In this document: piece after piece, positions 39,865-52,848 of the stretch
How the letters are laid out: every line of letters begins with the position of its first letter
How positions within the stretch are numbered: position 1 is the first letter of the stretch
Assembly: GCA_951406725.2 (NCBI GenBank)
Contig: OX597831.1
Span: forward strand, 77,996,001 to 78,060,000
Direction: 5' to 3'
DNA from: Octopus vulgaris
Lineage: Eukaryota
DNA: 64,000 nucleotides
The notes under the pieces: model-generated
Told to the model about the DNA's origin: nothing
Seen by the model: only the letters and a program-made list of their open reading frames with translations
Database searches by the model: none
Position numbers and translations under genes: made by a program

Positions 39865-40830
39865 TTCTGCTCGAGGCACGAGACCCGAAAATTTTGGGAA
39901 GGTGAGGGTCAGTCGATTAGATCGACCCCAGTACACAACTGGTATTTAATTTATCGATCCCGAAAGGATGAAAGGCAAAGTCGACCTCGGCGGAATTTGA
40001 ACTCAGATCGTAAAGACAAATGAAATACCGCAATGGATTTCGCCCGGCATGCTAACGTTTCTTATTTCTTTACTACTCACAAGGGGCTAAACATAGAGAG
40101 GTAAAACAAGGACAGACAAAGGGATTAAGTCGATTATATCGACCCCAGTGCTTAACTGGTACTTATTTAATCGATCCTGAAAGGATGAAAGGCAAAGTCG
40201 ACGTAGCGGCTGACGAAATACCTATTTTTTTACTACCCAGAAGGGGCTAAACACAGAGAGGACAAACGGATTAAGTCGATTATATCGACCCCAGCGCGTA
40301 ACTGGTACTTATTTAACCGACCCCGAAAGGATTTTGAACTCAGAACGTAGCGGCACAAGAAATACCTATTTCTTTATTACCCACAAGGGGCCAAACACAG
40401 AGAGGACAAACAATGACAGACAAACGGATTAAGTCGATTATATCGACCCAAGTACATAACTAGTACTTAATTTATCGACCCCGAAAGGATGAAACGCAAA
40501 GTCGACCTCGGCGGAATTTGAACTCAGAACGTAACGGCAGACAAAATACCTATTTCTTTATTACCCACAAGGGGCTAAACACAGAGGGGACAAACAAGGA
40601 CAGACATAGGTATTAAGTCGATTACATCGACCCCAGTGCGTAACTGGTACTTAATTTATCGACCCCGAAAGGATGAAAGGCAAAGTCGACCTCGGCGGAA
40701 TTTGAACTCGGAACGTAAAGACGGGCGAAATACCGCAAAGCATTTCACCCGACGTGCTAACGTTTCTGCCAGCTCGCGGCAGACAAAATACCGCTAAGCA
40801 TTTCGCCCGTCGTGCCAGATCACCGCCTTT
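39865..40830 (-). mobile_element. Nested/tandem array of five SINE family B units
   Basis: Junctions gaaatacc|tattt at ~40222 and ~40366, and aaaatacc|tattt at 40550. 16-bp TSD cggcagacaaaatacc at 40535-40550 and 40777-40792. Confidence 0.9.
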
Positions 40831-41586
40831 TTACCATTGTTAATCATTCCATCAATAACGATAGCGAAAATGGAAAACTTCGCAATCGTTGCTCCGAGTT
40901 TTTGGAAATATTTAAGTTATAAATCTTTATAAATCTTTCTATTTTTTTACCGTTTGTCTTTTACTTGTTTCAGTCATTAAAGTGCACCCGTTATGTTGGG
41001 AGGATGGGGTTGTCTTGAAGAAATGCCGCTTAGCATTCTCCCGGCGTCCTAACCATTCTGCCAGGTCACCACCATATATAGCTGCATAACATTGGTTGGA
41101 CGGTGACCGGGCAGAATCATTAGCACGCCGAACAAAATGCTAAGTAATATTTTGTTTGTCCTTACGTTCTGGGTTCAAATTCCGCCGAAGTCTATTTAGT
41201 CTTTCATTCTTCGAGGTCGATAAAATAAATGTCAATTGATTACTGGGATCGATGTAATCGACTTACCCCCGATATTGCTGGACTTGTGCCAAAATTCGAA
41301 ATCAGTATTCGTTGAAATATATGGAGAAAGGTAGCGTGTATTAGAGAGAAGTGTGAAAGGTTAGAGTAAGATTGAATGAATGCAGAGAGGAGAAAGAGAG
41401 GAGAGAGAGAAGAGCAGACATGGACCAAGTTAAGTTTGTAACGAGATGAACACAAGGACAAACAATGTCTAAAAGGTGTTAAGAACTGGAAATAAATGGT
41501 ATATTTATTAAAGAGGAATATAAATTGTATAATAAATCGTAAAGTTTATGATGAATGAACTGATTGTGTTGAGAAAGTGTGTGCGT

Positions 41587-41633
<47 letters not shown>

Positions 41634-41879
41634 CTCTGGATAATGGGGAAGGAAAATAACAAGAAACTGCGAGCAGGGAGAGATATATTAACATTATAGG
41701 AAAAGTAATTGTTTATAGTTTAAAATAGAAAACTATTAGATACAATATAAATATAATAAAAATACAATGAACATAAAGATAAGATGTGCAAAGGTTTTCT
41801 GGACAAATTTAAGTTCCTTTTCTAGTTATGGGAAAAGTGAGGTGTCAGTTTTTTTTTAATAGTTCTGTCTTCTGCAGAA

Positions 41880-42022
41880 TACGCTGAATCTACCTGAGAA
41901 CTACGTTAAGGGTCTACGTGTCTGTGGAGTGCTCAGCCACTTGCACGTTAATTTCACGAGCAGGCTGTTCCGTTGATTCGGATCAACTAGAACCCTTGTC
42001 GTCGTAATCGACGGAGTGCCAC
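41880..42022 (+). mobile_element. SINE family C tail type 3 fragment (another diverged copy at ~42780-43085)
   Basis: acgctgaat...gaactacgttaagggt...gtctgtggagtgctcagccacttgcacgttaatttcacgagcaggctgttccg matches the reverse complement of 58890-59027. Confidence 0.75.
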
Positions 42023-43359
42023 ACATGTTTACAGTTCGGAGCTAGGAGGACGGGGAATAAAGCAATGAAGAATGTAAAAACTAGAAGGAAATATTATGAA
42101 TAAAAGGAAAATATGAATAATGAAGAGGCGAGAAATATTTATATATTCAGTAGGGTGGAAGATAGGTGATCGTTGTTTAAGTATTTAAATTCATTAAAGA
42201 ATAGCTCAGTTGATATGTGCAGACGATACGTCTCACAAATTTTTGTTCTCTAACCAGTGTTAACCATTTGAACTTGCGAGGACGCATTACCGAGCGGGTT
42301 TTACATTACTTCTGGAAGTTGCGGGAGCGACGGCAACATGCATTTTTGTTTACGATTCGCTAATTGTCAGTAACTACGTGAAATGCGATGATGCAAATTC
42401 ACAAGCTTTACTAATAAATAAAAGCTACCGTACCTGTGATTCGACACTCCAACCGATAGATATTTGTTCAGACACCACGAATGACCCAATCTGCATGAAT
42501 TTGTGGCGTAACATGGTTTTCTCGAACATTTTAGACATTGCCTTCTGGTCCTCTCTAAAAACCGTTTGGCGCGCAGCATAAAGCGCAGATAGCCAAAGAC
42601 AGACAACCAAAAATCTCTGTAGCTTCGGAGATTTGCGCAGTTAAATTCGCGTATTTTGGGCCGACCGCATCTTGCCACACAAATTATTAAAGTTTCTAAT
42701 TGTAAATGGCCAACAACAAATGTACTTGTGTCCGGAAGAAATATTTTAGTTGAAATAAAGGTGTATACCTCAGTAGTTAACAGGTATTCAGCTCACCCTA
42801 ACTTAGGTCGTGAGTTCGATCCCTGGCGGCGCATTGCTTCTTTGAGAAAGACACTTTATTTCACGAGGCTCCAGCTCACTCGGTTTGAGAAAAGGAGTTC
42901 TATATGTCTTTCAAATGGTCGGACATGTCGCATTCTGTGTCACACCTAATCTCTTTGCAAACTACGTTAAGGGTATATATTTATCTGTGGAGAGTTCAGT
43001 CTTTTGTACGATAACTTCAAGAGCTGGCGGTTCTGTATATCAGATTAACAGGAACACAGGTCGTCGTAACCGACGGAATGTCAGTTTTTCTTTTTAATTT
43101 CAGTTAAACGTTCGCGGGTTTTGCTTCAGTTATTTTTCACACAACCAACGAAATATGATCGCATTTACCAGCAACAAATTGCACCAACCGAGTAGCTATT
43201 GTGACACAATTATATGCGTTGAGTACAATAGCTTGTAAATACAAACATATGTGTTTGTATATATATATATATATTCATAAATTAGCTGGTAGCCTGATCA
43301 GGCAAAGAATAGATGAGGTCCCAATTCAGGCGGTGAAGCCAAGAGACACAATATGGCAG

Positions 43360-44044
43360 AAGCCATAGCCACTCAGAATAAAAATGAATACTGGTGGAAT
43401 GTACCAGTGAAGACCTCAATAAAATGTAAGCACAACAGACCTGACATTATGATTTGGGATAGAGAAAAGAAACTGTGCACAGTAGCGGCCCAGCGGATGT
43501 TAACATAAAGCTGAAGATCAGTGAAAAAGAGAACAACTATGCTGAACTATTGAGAAATCAGCAGCTACTCTATCCAGATTACAAGTTCAGGTTTATACCT
43601 GTAATTATTGGGACACTGGGATATGTAACACGCTGCCTAGATACCAATCTTGAGAAATTAGGTTTCTCAAAACCAGAAAGGAGAAAGCTAATTCGAAGAT
43701 TATAGATCCAATCCATCACTGGAACTGTAAAAATCTGTAAAACTTTCCAGAAGTTTATCATTTAAATATATATGAGCGTGTCTAGATATGTAATTATATG
43801 CATGAGAATACATACATAAAACATACAAATCTGCACATACATACATACATACATACATACATACATACATCATACATACATACATACATACATACATACA
43901 TACATTTTATACATCATACATACATACATACATACATACATACATACATACTGTTTATACATACATACATACATACATACATACATACATACATACATAC
44001 ATACATACATACATACATACATACATACATACATACATACATAC

Positions 44045-44075
<31 letters not shown>

Positions 44076-44101
44076 CATACAATACATACATACATACATA
44101 C

Positions 44102-44132
<31 letters not shown>

Positions 44133-44325
44133 CATACATACATACATACATACATACATACATACATACATACATACATACATACATACATACATACATA
44201 CATACATACATACATACATACATACATACATACATACATACATACATACATACATACATACATACATACACACATACATACATACATACATACATACATA
44301 CATACATACATACATACATACATAC

Positions 44326-44356
<31 letters not shown>

Positions 44357-44680
44357 CATACAATACATACATACATACATACATACATACATACATACAT
44401 ACATACATACATACATACATACATACATACATACATACATACATACATACATACATACATACATACATACATACATACATACATACATACATACATACAT
44501 ACATACATACATACATACATACATACATACATACATACATACATACATACATACATACATACATACATACATACATACATACATACATACACACATACAT
44601 ACATACATACATACATACATACAATACATACATACATACATACATACATACATACAATACATACATACATACATACTTAC

Positions 44681-44711
<31 letters not shown>

Positions 44712-45075
44712 CATACATACATACATACATACATACATGCATACATACATACATACAATACATACATACATACATACATACATACATACATACATACATA
44801 CATACATACATACATACATACATACATACATACATACATACACACATACATACATACATACACACATACATACATACATACATACATACATACATACATA
44901 CATACATACATACATACATACATACATACATACATGCATACATACATGCATACATACATACATAAATAAATAACCTGCTTTTGGTGTTGAAATTCCAATG
45001 AGGGAGCCTTGAATCCAGGTTAGAAACCGGTTCTTTCTCTATTGGCAAGGAATCTTAAAATAAACTGAATAATGA
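43360..45075 (+). mobile_element. 3' end of an R4/Dong-like LINE (restriction-like endonuclease domain) with a (CATA)n-expanded 3' region
   Basis: Translates EYWWNVPVKTSIKCKHNRPDIMIWDREKKLCTV..PADVNIKLKISEKENNYAEL..FIPVIIGTLGYV (RPD..D motif); stop at ~43765. Non-repetitive sequence resumes at 44964-45075 after the tract; its assignment to the element is inferred. Confidence 0.78.
43834..44963. repeat. (CATA)n microsatellite, ~1.1 kb
   Basis: Direct reading; source of the 391-aa and 349-aa pseudo-ORFs. Confidence 0.97.
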
Positions 45076-45687
45076 CATACATACATGCATACATACATGC
45101 ATACATACATACACACATACATACATACATACATACATACATACATACATACATACATACATACATACATTCATACACACATACATACTTTCTGTGTCGC
45201 TTCACAAGACATTTCAACTTATATGGACGACAGATAGGCCAGATACTCTAACCATTGAGTCATACGCCTTCACCTATATGTACGTATATATTGATATCTG
45301 TATATACAAACCTATAAAACATTAATTTAGGAAGTCAGAGAGATGAATATATATATTTAGTTAATTATATAGCTTCCATAGGATTGCAGTCATTTCGCAA
45401 CATTTCTCGTGTATTATTATCGTAATCTTATTATGTAAGAAATGATGTGTATATTTGCATTTGTACCTATGCTCAGCAATACAGAATACAATTTGCTGTT
45501 CTGAAATCAATATTCTCATCTGCATACATTATGCGAATATATTTGAATGTATATATACATACATATATATATAAATACATACGCAAATATATACACATAA
45601 TATATGAATATATATACACATATATATGAAACATTTATCTATCGAAGTAATTATATGTATGTATATATGAATATATAGGTATATACG

Positions 45688-45728
<41 letters not shown>

Positions 45729-45729
45729 G

Positions 45730-45766
<37 letters not shown>

Positions 45767-46254
45767 GTATATATATATGCACATATGTACATATATATAT
45801 ATATATATATGCTTGTAGACATTAATATATACGTGTATATGTACAATTGTATGTTTGTATATGTGTGTATACGCATGGGCATATATAAGATTTTGTATTT
45901 TTGTTTGTGTGGGGGTGGGGTAGGGTGTGTGTGTGGGGGGGGGAGAGCAGATATATTCTAATGTAAATATTTAATATTTTCAGTGTGCCACGCCTTTATT
46001 TATTTTATTCTTAACGTGTGAAATACATTTCTCTCTTCTGATTTTTAATAGAAATCGAATTGGAACCGGAAGTTGTAAACCTCCTCTCGCCCCTCTTTTT
46101 TCCTCCTCCTCCCTTCTAATCTTTCAAAGACACACATAATACAGACACATAATGTCTTTTCGGTCACTCTTTCTTGCCCTTTTCTCTCCTCGCATCTTCT
46201 CCCTCCTCTTTAACTTGTTCTTTCTCTCTCTCTCTTTTCTGTCTCTGTTTGTTC

Positions 46255-46257
<3 letters not shown>

Positions 46258-46310
<53 letters not shown>

Positions 46311-46341
46311 CTATCTGTCTATCTATTTATCTACCTACCTA

Positions 46342-46394
<53 letters not shown>

Positions 46395-46423
46395 GTCTCT
46401 CTGTCTATCTATCTATCTATCTA

Positions 46424-46506
<83 letters not shown>

Positions 46507-46539
46507 GTCTCTCTGTCTATCTATCTATCTATCTATCTA

Positions 46540-46628
<89 letters not shown>

Positions 46629-46688
46629 GTCTATCTATCTATCTCTCTCTCTCTCTCTCTATCTGTCTATCTATCTATCTATCTATCT
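46258..46688. repeat. (TC)n/(TATC)n compound microsatellite
   Basis: Direct reading. Confidence 0.95.
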
Positions 46689-47611
46689 AACTCCTTAGTA
46701 TGTGTTTTTTATTCTCAACTTTGTTACATATTTGTTTGATTTTGTTTTTCTTTCTGCTTTCTTCTTTGTATTCCGTCGACTGAGTATACATAACAGGCAT
46801 AACAGACATTGGAAGAGGGAGAGCGAGAGCGAGAGAAAGAGGAGAGAGAGAGAGAAGGTGAAAGAGAGGAGGATGTGACAAAGAAAAAGGGTGAGAGGAA
46901 GAGAGAGAGCTAGAGGCAGAGGAAGATAATGGGGGCAAAGACAGTGGGGGGGGGGGCGAGAGATAGAGTGAAAGATAGATTGAGTGATATAGAGCGAAAA
47001 AGAAGCAACGAAGAGAACATAGATATATGCACAGAAAATGCATAAAGAATAAAGAGTGAGAGGAGAGGAAAAAGAAAAGGAATTGAATTGGAGAGCGATA
47101 GACCGACATAGTAAGAGATAGACTGGGAGAGAAAGGAAGAGAGAGAAGGGGAGACATTGAGAAAGGCGAACGAGATCATTGGGTACAAGTTAACCATTCG
47201 GTAAATAGAGAGGTGTCGACACACCCGTCCCACCAGGTACGCAAATTTGAACTGTGTGGTCGCAGGTACACATACACACAAACAAACAAACATATACAGC
47301 CTCACGCTCATTCACACGCACTCACACACACATACATACGTATATATATATATATATGTGTGTGAGTGTGTGTGTGTGTGTCTGTGGGAGTGTGTGTATA
47401 TTCAATTTCACAAGAGTCTAAATATGAATCTATGTGTTGAAGCAGATATTGGTGGGTTGCATTTTGGGAGGTCAGCTGCCAACACATTAGAAACACACGG
47501 CACGCATTTTTTACTGTATTTAACAGTTTGTCAAAAGTCGTTTACAAGTCTGTAACATTTGCAATGGGTTTCCAAGAGCCCCATTTTTGTTTTCGTAAAT
47601 CTACATCCCTG

Positions 47612-47669
<58 letters not shown>

Positions 47670-47682
47670 CACATACATATAT

Positions 47683-49544
47683 ATTTATTTTATTTTATTT
47701 TACTTAGTTTCAGCTCACAAGCTGTGGTCATGCTAGGGCACCGCCATTTGGTGTTGCTACATGATTTTACTTCACGAATGCTTTTTAGCAATTGCCATTT
47801 GGTGCATGAGAGAGTTCGATGCAGCTACCCTCATCTGCCGTGAAGTTGGTTCATCTGGGACACCTGACAAGAAGAGATCCAGTTTCATTTTAAAGACATC
47901 TGCATCCACCCCATGCAGGTCTCTCAGGTTCTTCGGGAGGATATTGAAGAGTTGTGGGCCTCGGAAGCCCAGGCTATCACAGTATCTTCTCCTACATCTT
48001 GATGGCAAATTTGGAGTCCTTGGCACTATGCAGTGGTGCCTAGTTCTGGCATTTGTGTAACCCTCGATGCCAAAGTTTGGGACAAGTCTTTCTAGGATCT
48101 TCCAGATGTATATTATGGCATATCTTTCTCGCCTGCACTCTAAGGAATAGAGTCTCAATCTCTTGAGTCTTTCCCAATAGCTTATATGCTGCACAGAGGC
48201 TATCTTCTTCGTGTAGCTTCGTTGGATCGCCTCAAGTTCTGTGATTAACTTGACACTGGATGGTGACCATAGCTGAGAGCAATAGACAAAGTGGCTTAGG
48301 ACAAGTGTCCTCCAGAGGACCATCATGGTTTCCTGGTCTCTTGTTCTAAAGGTTCTAAGAATCCATCCGGTCAGCCGCCTACATTTCATTGCCATTTAGC
48401 AACATGAACATGAAAGGTTGCATCATCACTCATGTAAATACCCATGTCTCGCACTGATTGTGCCTCTGGGATTGCAATCCCTCCAGGTCCAGTGTATTTA
48501 TTGGGTATTGCATTTAGTTTTGCATGCTGATAGTATAAAGCTTGAAACTTTTCAGCATTGAACTGCATGCTATTCTTTTCAGCCCACTTGTATATTTTGT
48601 CCAGCTCACATTGCAGGTGCATAGTGTCTTCATCATCTGCATAACTTGTTATCGTGGCTCTCTGCGTGGCTGAAGGCATGTCTGAGAGGGCCATTATGAA
48701 CAGTAGTGGTCCCAGAACAGTGCCTTGCAGAACACCGCTCACTATTGGCTACTACCACCTGACTTCTATCCTTCTATCCTACATTTGAGTGGTTGAGCAG
48801 TTGTTTCAGCACCCAGTCATAGTGTTGTAGGAGCTGAGTTAAGCAGCTTCTTCCTGGTCGGAAACCATGTTGGGTGTCAGGCAGCAAGTCATTTTCTTCA
48901 AGGAAGGTGATTAGTTTCCTTCTGATTATTCGTTCCATGACCTTGCTGATGTGTGAGGTCAGAGAGATAGGTCTGTAGTTCTTGGCCTCCGCTCTGCTAC
49001 CTCCTTCATGAATGGGGCATATTTTACCTTCCTTCAGTTTTCTTGGAAGTTTGCCAGTTGCAAGGAAGCTCTGAAAGAGGAACTGCAGTGGTCTTGCTAG
49101 GACTCTCTTACATACTTGTAGAAGGATTGCTGGGAATCCATCTGGGCCAGTAGCTGAGTTTGTTTTTATTTCATCAACAGCCTTTATTACATCGTCTTCC
49201 TTTATATTGATGTAATCAATCATCGCTGCCTCTGATTTTATATCTGCAGTGGTAAAGAAGTCAGTTGCATTGCTGACTTGAAAATGCCCTAGGGGTGGAG
49301 TGAAAATACTCTTGAATTGCTCATTTAGTATTTCACTTACCCTCATTGGATTTCCTGTGAGTGTGCCATCCTTTTCAAGGAGTGGCCCTATCCTACAGTA
49401 CACCGTAGCTGTTTCTTTGGCATACCTGTAGAAAGCTCTGGGGTTATATTTTATGTTGTCTATAGCCCAGGCTTCTTTGTCTGCTCTTTCTTTTTCATGG
49501 GAGAGTGGCAGACATTTTTCAATTTCCAACAGTTTTATTTTCAA
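47683..49544 (-). mobile_element. 5'-truncated, pseudogenised CR1/L2-group LINE (reverse transcriptase)
   Basis: Three broken ORFs with GPDG, NYRPISLTS..KVMERII, QHGFRPGRSCLTQLL, GVLQGTVLGPLLF, SYADD and LEAIQR motifs. The DFxKAFD segment is deleted near 48775; frameshifts present. 3' tail ends in (aaaat)n. Confidence 0.9.
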
Positions 49545-49552
49545 TATATATA

Positions 49553-49588
<36 letters not shown>

Positions 49589-49676
49589 TGTATGTATGTA
49601 TGTATGTATGTATGTATGTATGTATTTGTATAAATGAATAAATATATACACATATATATCATGTGTATACACACAC

Positions 49677-49740
<64 letters not shown>

Positions 49741-49741
<1 letters not shown>

Positions 49742-50040
49742 GAGGCGCAATGGCCCAGTGGTTAGGGCAGCGGACTCGCGGTCGTAGGATCGCGGTTTCG
49801 ATTCCCAGACCGGGTGTTGTGTGTGTTTATTGAGCGAAAACACCTAAAAAGCTCCACGAGGCTCCGGCAGGGGGTGGTGATCCCTGCTGTACTCTTTCAC
49901 CACTTTTTCTCTCTCACTCTTTCGTCTGTTAGCCTGCTCGCTTAGCCAGCGGGGTGACGTCAATCGAAGGCTAAAACAATGAGAACGCATTGTGACCAGC
50001 GATGTGTAGCAACATCTGATGGTCTGGTCGGTCACGTGAT
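49741..50040 (+). mobile_element. SINE family C, tail type 2
   Basis: ggaggcgcaatggcccagtggttagggcagcggactcgcggtcg...ggtttcgattccc tRNA-like head. Confidence 0.82.
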
Positions 50041-50213
50041 ATGATATATATATATATATATATATAATATATATATCTGTAAATATAATTATTCGGTTGC
50101 CAAGATAATAATATTGAGGTCTCTTTCTTTTGTTATCTTACTGTTTTTATTAATATATATATATATATATGAGATAAATGATTGAATGTTAGAAACGAAG
50201 AGCTAAATAGCGA

Positions 50214-50601
50214 CTACATATGTTTCAAAGCTAAAATTTATGTCTTACATATCTTGTAACATTTGTCGGAACTATTTAACAAATCACATCGTTGCAAGAA
50301 GGGTGAACCTTTAAACCTGGTAAATGGATATCCTTGAACGATAAATTAACCATAATTTCTCCATTCCGAAATCTTCTATAGCGTTAACCTACACAAGTGC
50401 AAGAGTTAAATAGTTATACGGTAGTGCGATGCAAATAGATAATGGTACAGGAAGTTAGTTAGCATCAAGCGTATACAACTTGTAGAGATGAAAAAGTGCG
50501 GCGGCGAAATAAACAAGTAATTGAACCTGAGGATTATTCAACTGTTTTGTATATATTGCCAGATATGTAAGACATAAAGTTTAGCTTCGAAACATATGTA
50601 G
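50214..50601. mobile_element. Element with ~45-bp terminal inverted repeats (MITE or inverted PLE ends)
   Basis: ctacatatgtttcaaagctaaaatttatgtcttacatatct vs agatatgtaagacataaagtttagcttcgaaacatatgtag. Confidence 0.65.
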
Positions 50602-51566
50602 ACCTTATTAACCCTTTCCATTCTTTATATACGTTGATATTTATTTGCATGTGTGACACTTTTCGTTGTCAACCAATGCTGGTGTGTTTATGTCCCCATA
50701 ACTTAGCGGTTCGGCAAATGAAACTGTTAGATTAAGTACTAGGCTTACAAAGAATAAGTCCTGGGGTCCATTTCTTCGGCTAAAATCCTTTAAGACGGTG
50801 CTCCAGCATGGTTGCAGTCAAATGACTGAAGCAAGAAAAAGAATGAGTGTGTGTGTTCATATTTCTTTACGGTGAGTTAACCCGCTGTAAAAGACTAGTG
50901 CACAAACTGAAGTTATAAATATTGCATCAAAACTACGCCGGGGAAGGGCAGAATCTTGGAAAATGTATGAGAACCGTCGCTCTAGATTGTTCATTTCAGA
51001 GGAAAACAATGCAGGATTTTGGGGGGAAATTCGAACAAAATTTTGCCGTGTACAAAGAGCTCAAGTGAAATGTTAGTAAGATTCTAGATGTGAACTTGTC
51101 AGAGTATGTTAGCACACATCGCAATTTAACATGTAACGAATGTGTGTGTGTCTGTCTAAATAAGACAGGCCTTACAATTCTTCAAAGAAAACTCACCCAC
51201 ATAAACACACACGTATATACACACACATAATCTCACACAAACAGTATTTGTTAATAATGCAATTTACAGAAGGGTTTGTTGGAATAGAATATTCGTCAGG
51301 AAGCAGATTAAAACGTATACGAATGTGTCAAAACAAAAAATAAATATTGCATCACCTACTACTAGAGGCGCCCATCATTACCACCTCTGTACAAAAGAGT
51401 CGATGTTCCTTAGCAGGACTGAAAAGCTTCATTCGTATTGTTCTTGTTTAAGAGAAAAATTAAACCATGCCATAGCTCGAAATCAAGATGCAGCCTTTAT
51501 GTATGTGTATACAACAGTCCGTCTAATCAATGTGTGTGTGTCTGTGTGTGCGTGCATGTGTGTGTT

Positions 51567-51611
<45 letters not shown>

Positions 51612-51723
51612 TTGTGTGTGTTATCTATCATACATATATTAATATTTGTTTTTATATTCAGTTATTACGAAAACAACTTTACAGTAATCTGATGGGTGAG
51701 TCTATACTTTGGTAGAGTACAAA

Positions 51724-52111
51724 TTTATTATTCTTAAACAAGAATACTATTGACAGTGACTTCGAAGTGTCGGCCAGTTAAGCCATGGTCAGATTGTGAT
51801 GCACTGCAGTTAATCTTGGCTCTATATAGCCTCTTTTTAGTCAAAATCTTCCTTCGGTGTGTGTGGATTCTAAACGATAATATAAATGCAAACTTAATAA
51901 AAATTTCTCCAAAACACCCCTCCATAACAATCCACTCTGAAACCTAATTAACAGCCCCTCCCCCACAAACCCACGTAACAATGGAAGATTTTAACCCAAC
52001 AGAGACTATATAAAGCCATGAGTAATTTCAATGCATCACAGTCCGACGATGATGTCACTGGCCGATACTTCGAAGTCACTATGAATAACATTCTGCTTTA
52101 AGAATAATAAA
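51724..52111. mobile_element. Fold-back/MITE-like element with ~130-bp diverged arms
   Basis: tttattattcttaaa...agtgacttcgaagtgtcggccagt...aaaatcttcc (51724-51852) is inverted at 51983-52111. Confidence 0.75.
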
Positions 52112-52112
52112 T

Positions 52113-52570
52113 AAGACTGGCTCTCGTGCTGGTGGCATGCAATAAGCCCAATTTATACGTAGGTCATGGCCAGTGCCGTCAGACTGGCTCCCCGTGCCGG
52201 TGGCACGTAAAAAGCACCATCTGAGCGTGGTCGATGCCAGCCCCCTCCCCTCGCCCCGACTGGCTCCTGGGCCAGTAGTACATAAGAAAGCACCATCCGA
52301 ACGTCACCGATGCCAGTGCCGTCTGACTGACTCCCCGTGCCGGTGGCGCTTAAAAAGCACTATCCAAATGTGATCGATGCCAGGCCCGCCAAATCGGCTC
52401 CCGTGCCGGTGGCACGTAGAAGGCACCCACTACACTCTCGGAGCGGCTGGCATTAGGAAGGGCAGCCAGCTGTAGGAACACTACCAGATCAGACAGGAGC
52501 CAGGAACGGCAAAGCAGTCCCAGTCAACCCGTCCAACCCATGCCAATATGGAAAACGGATGTTAAACGAC
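52113..52570 (+). mobile_element. Non-autonomous retroelement with five internal ~70-bp tandem units and an RTE-type end
   Basis: gactggctc..gtgccggtggcacgtaaaaagcacc repeated at ~52115, 52182, 52258, 52326 and 52394, then aggaagggcagccagctgtag and ccaacccatgccaatatggaaaacggatgttaaac followed by (gat)n. Confidence 0.6.
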
Positions 52571-52848
52571 AACGACGACGACGACGATGATGATGGTGGT
52601 GGTGGTGGTGGTGGTGGTGGTGGTGATGATGGTGGTGGTGGTGGTGGTGGTGATGATGATGGTGGTGGTGGTGGTGGTGGTGGTGATGATGATGGTGGTG
52701 GTGATGATGATGATGATGGTTGTGCAGGTGGTGGTGGTGGTGGTGGTCGTGGTGATGATGATGGTGGTGGTGGTGGTGGTGATGATGATGATGATGATGA
52801 TGATGATGGTTGTGCTGGTGGTGGTGGTGGTGATGATGATGATGATGA
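52571..52848. repeat. (GAT/GGT)n trinucleotide tract
   Basis: Direct reading. Confidence 0.92.

Noticed and set aside
39865-40830. CRISPR-like repeat array
   Set aside because: Units are ~145-225-bp SINE copies with no unique spacers; no cas genes; eukaryotic context.
42367-42678. GC-richer unique segment with overlapping ORFs and a possible minus-strand donor (cacag|gtacgg)
   Set aside because: No recognisable protein motif or convincing acceptor; would need a homology search or RNA-seq.
47772-49544. Functional reverse transcriptase gene
   Set aside because: Frameshifts, deletion of a core RT motif and 5' truncation; annotated as a LINE relic.
49741-49815. tRNA gene
   Set aside because: A/B boxes are present, but the sequence continues into a SINE body found in several copies and I could not form a clean cloverleaf; treated as a SINE head.
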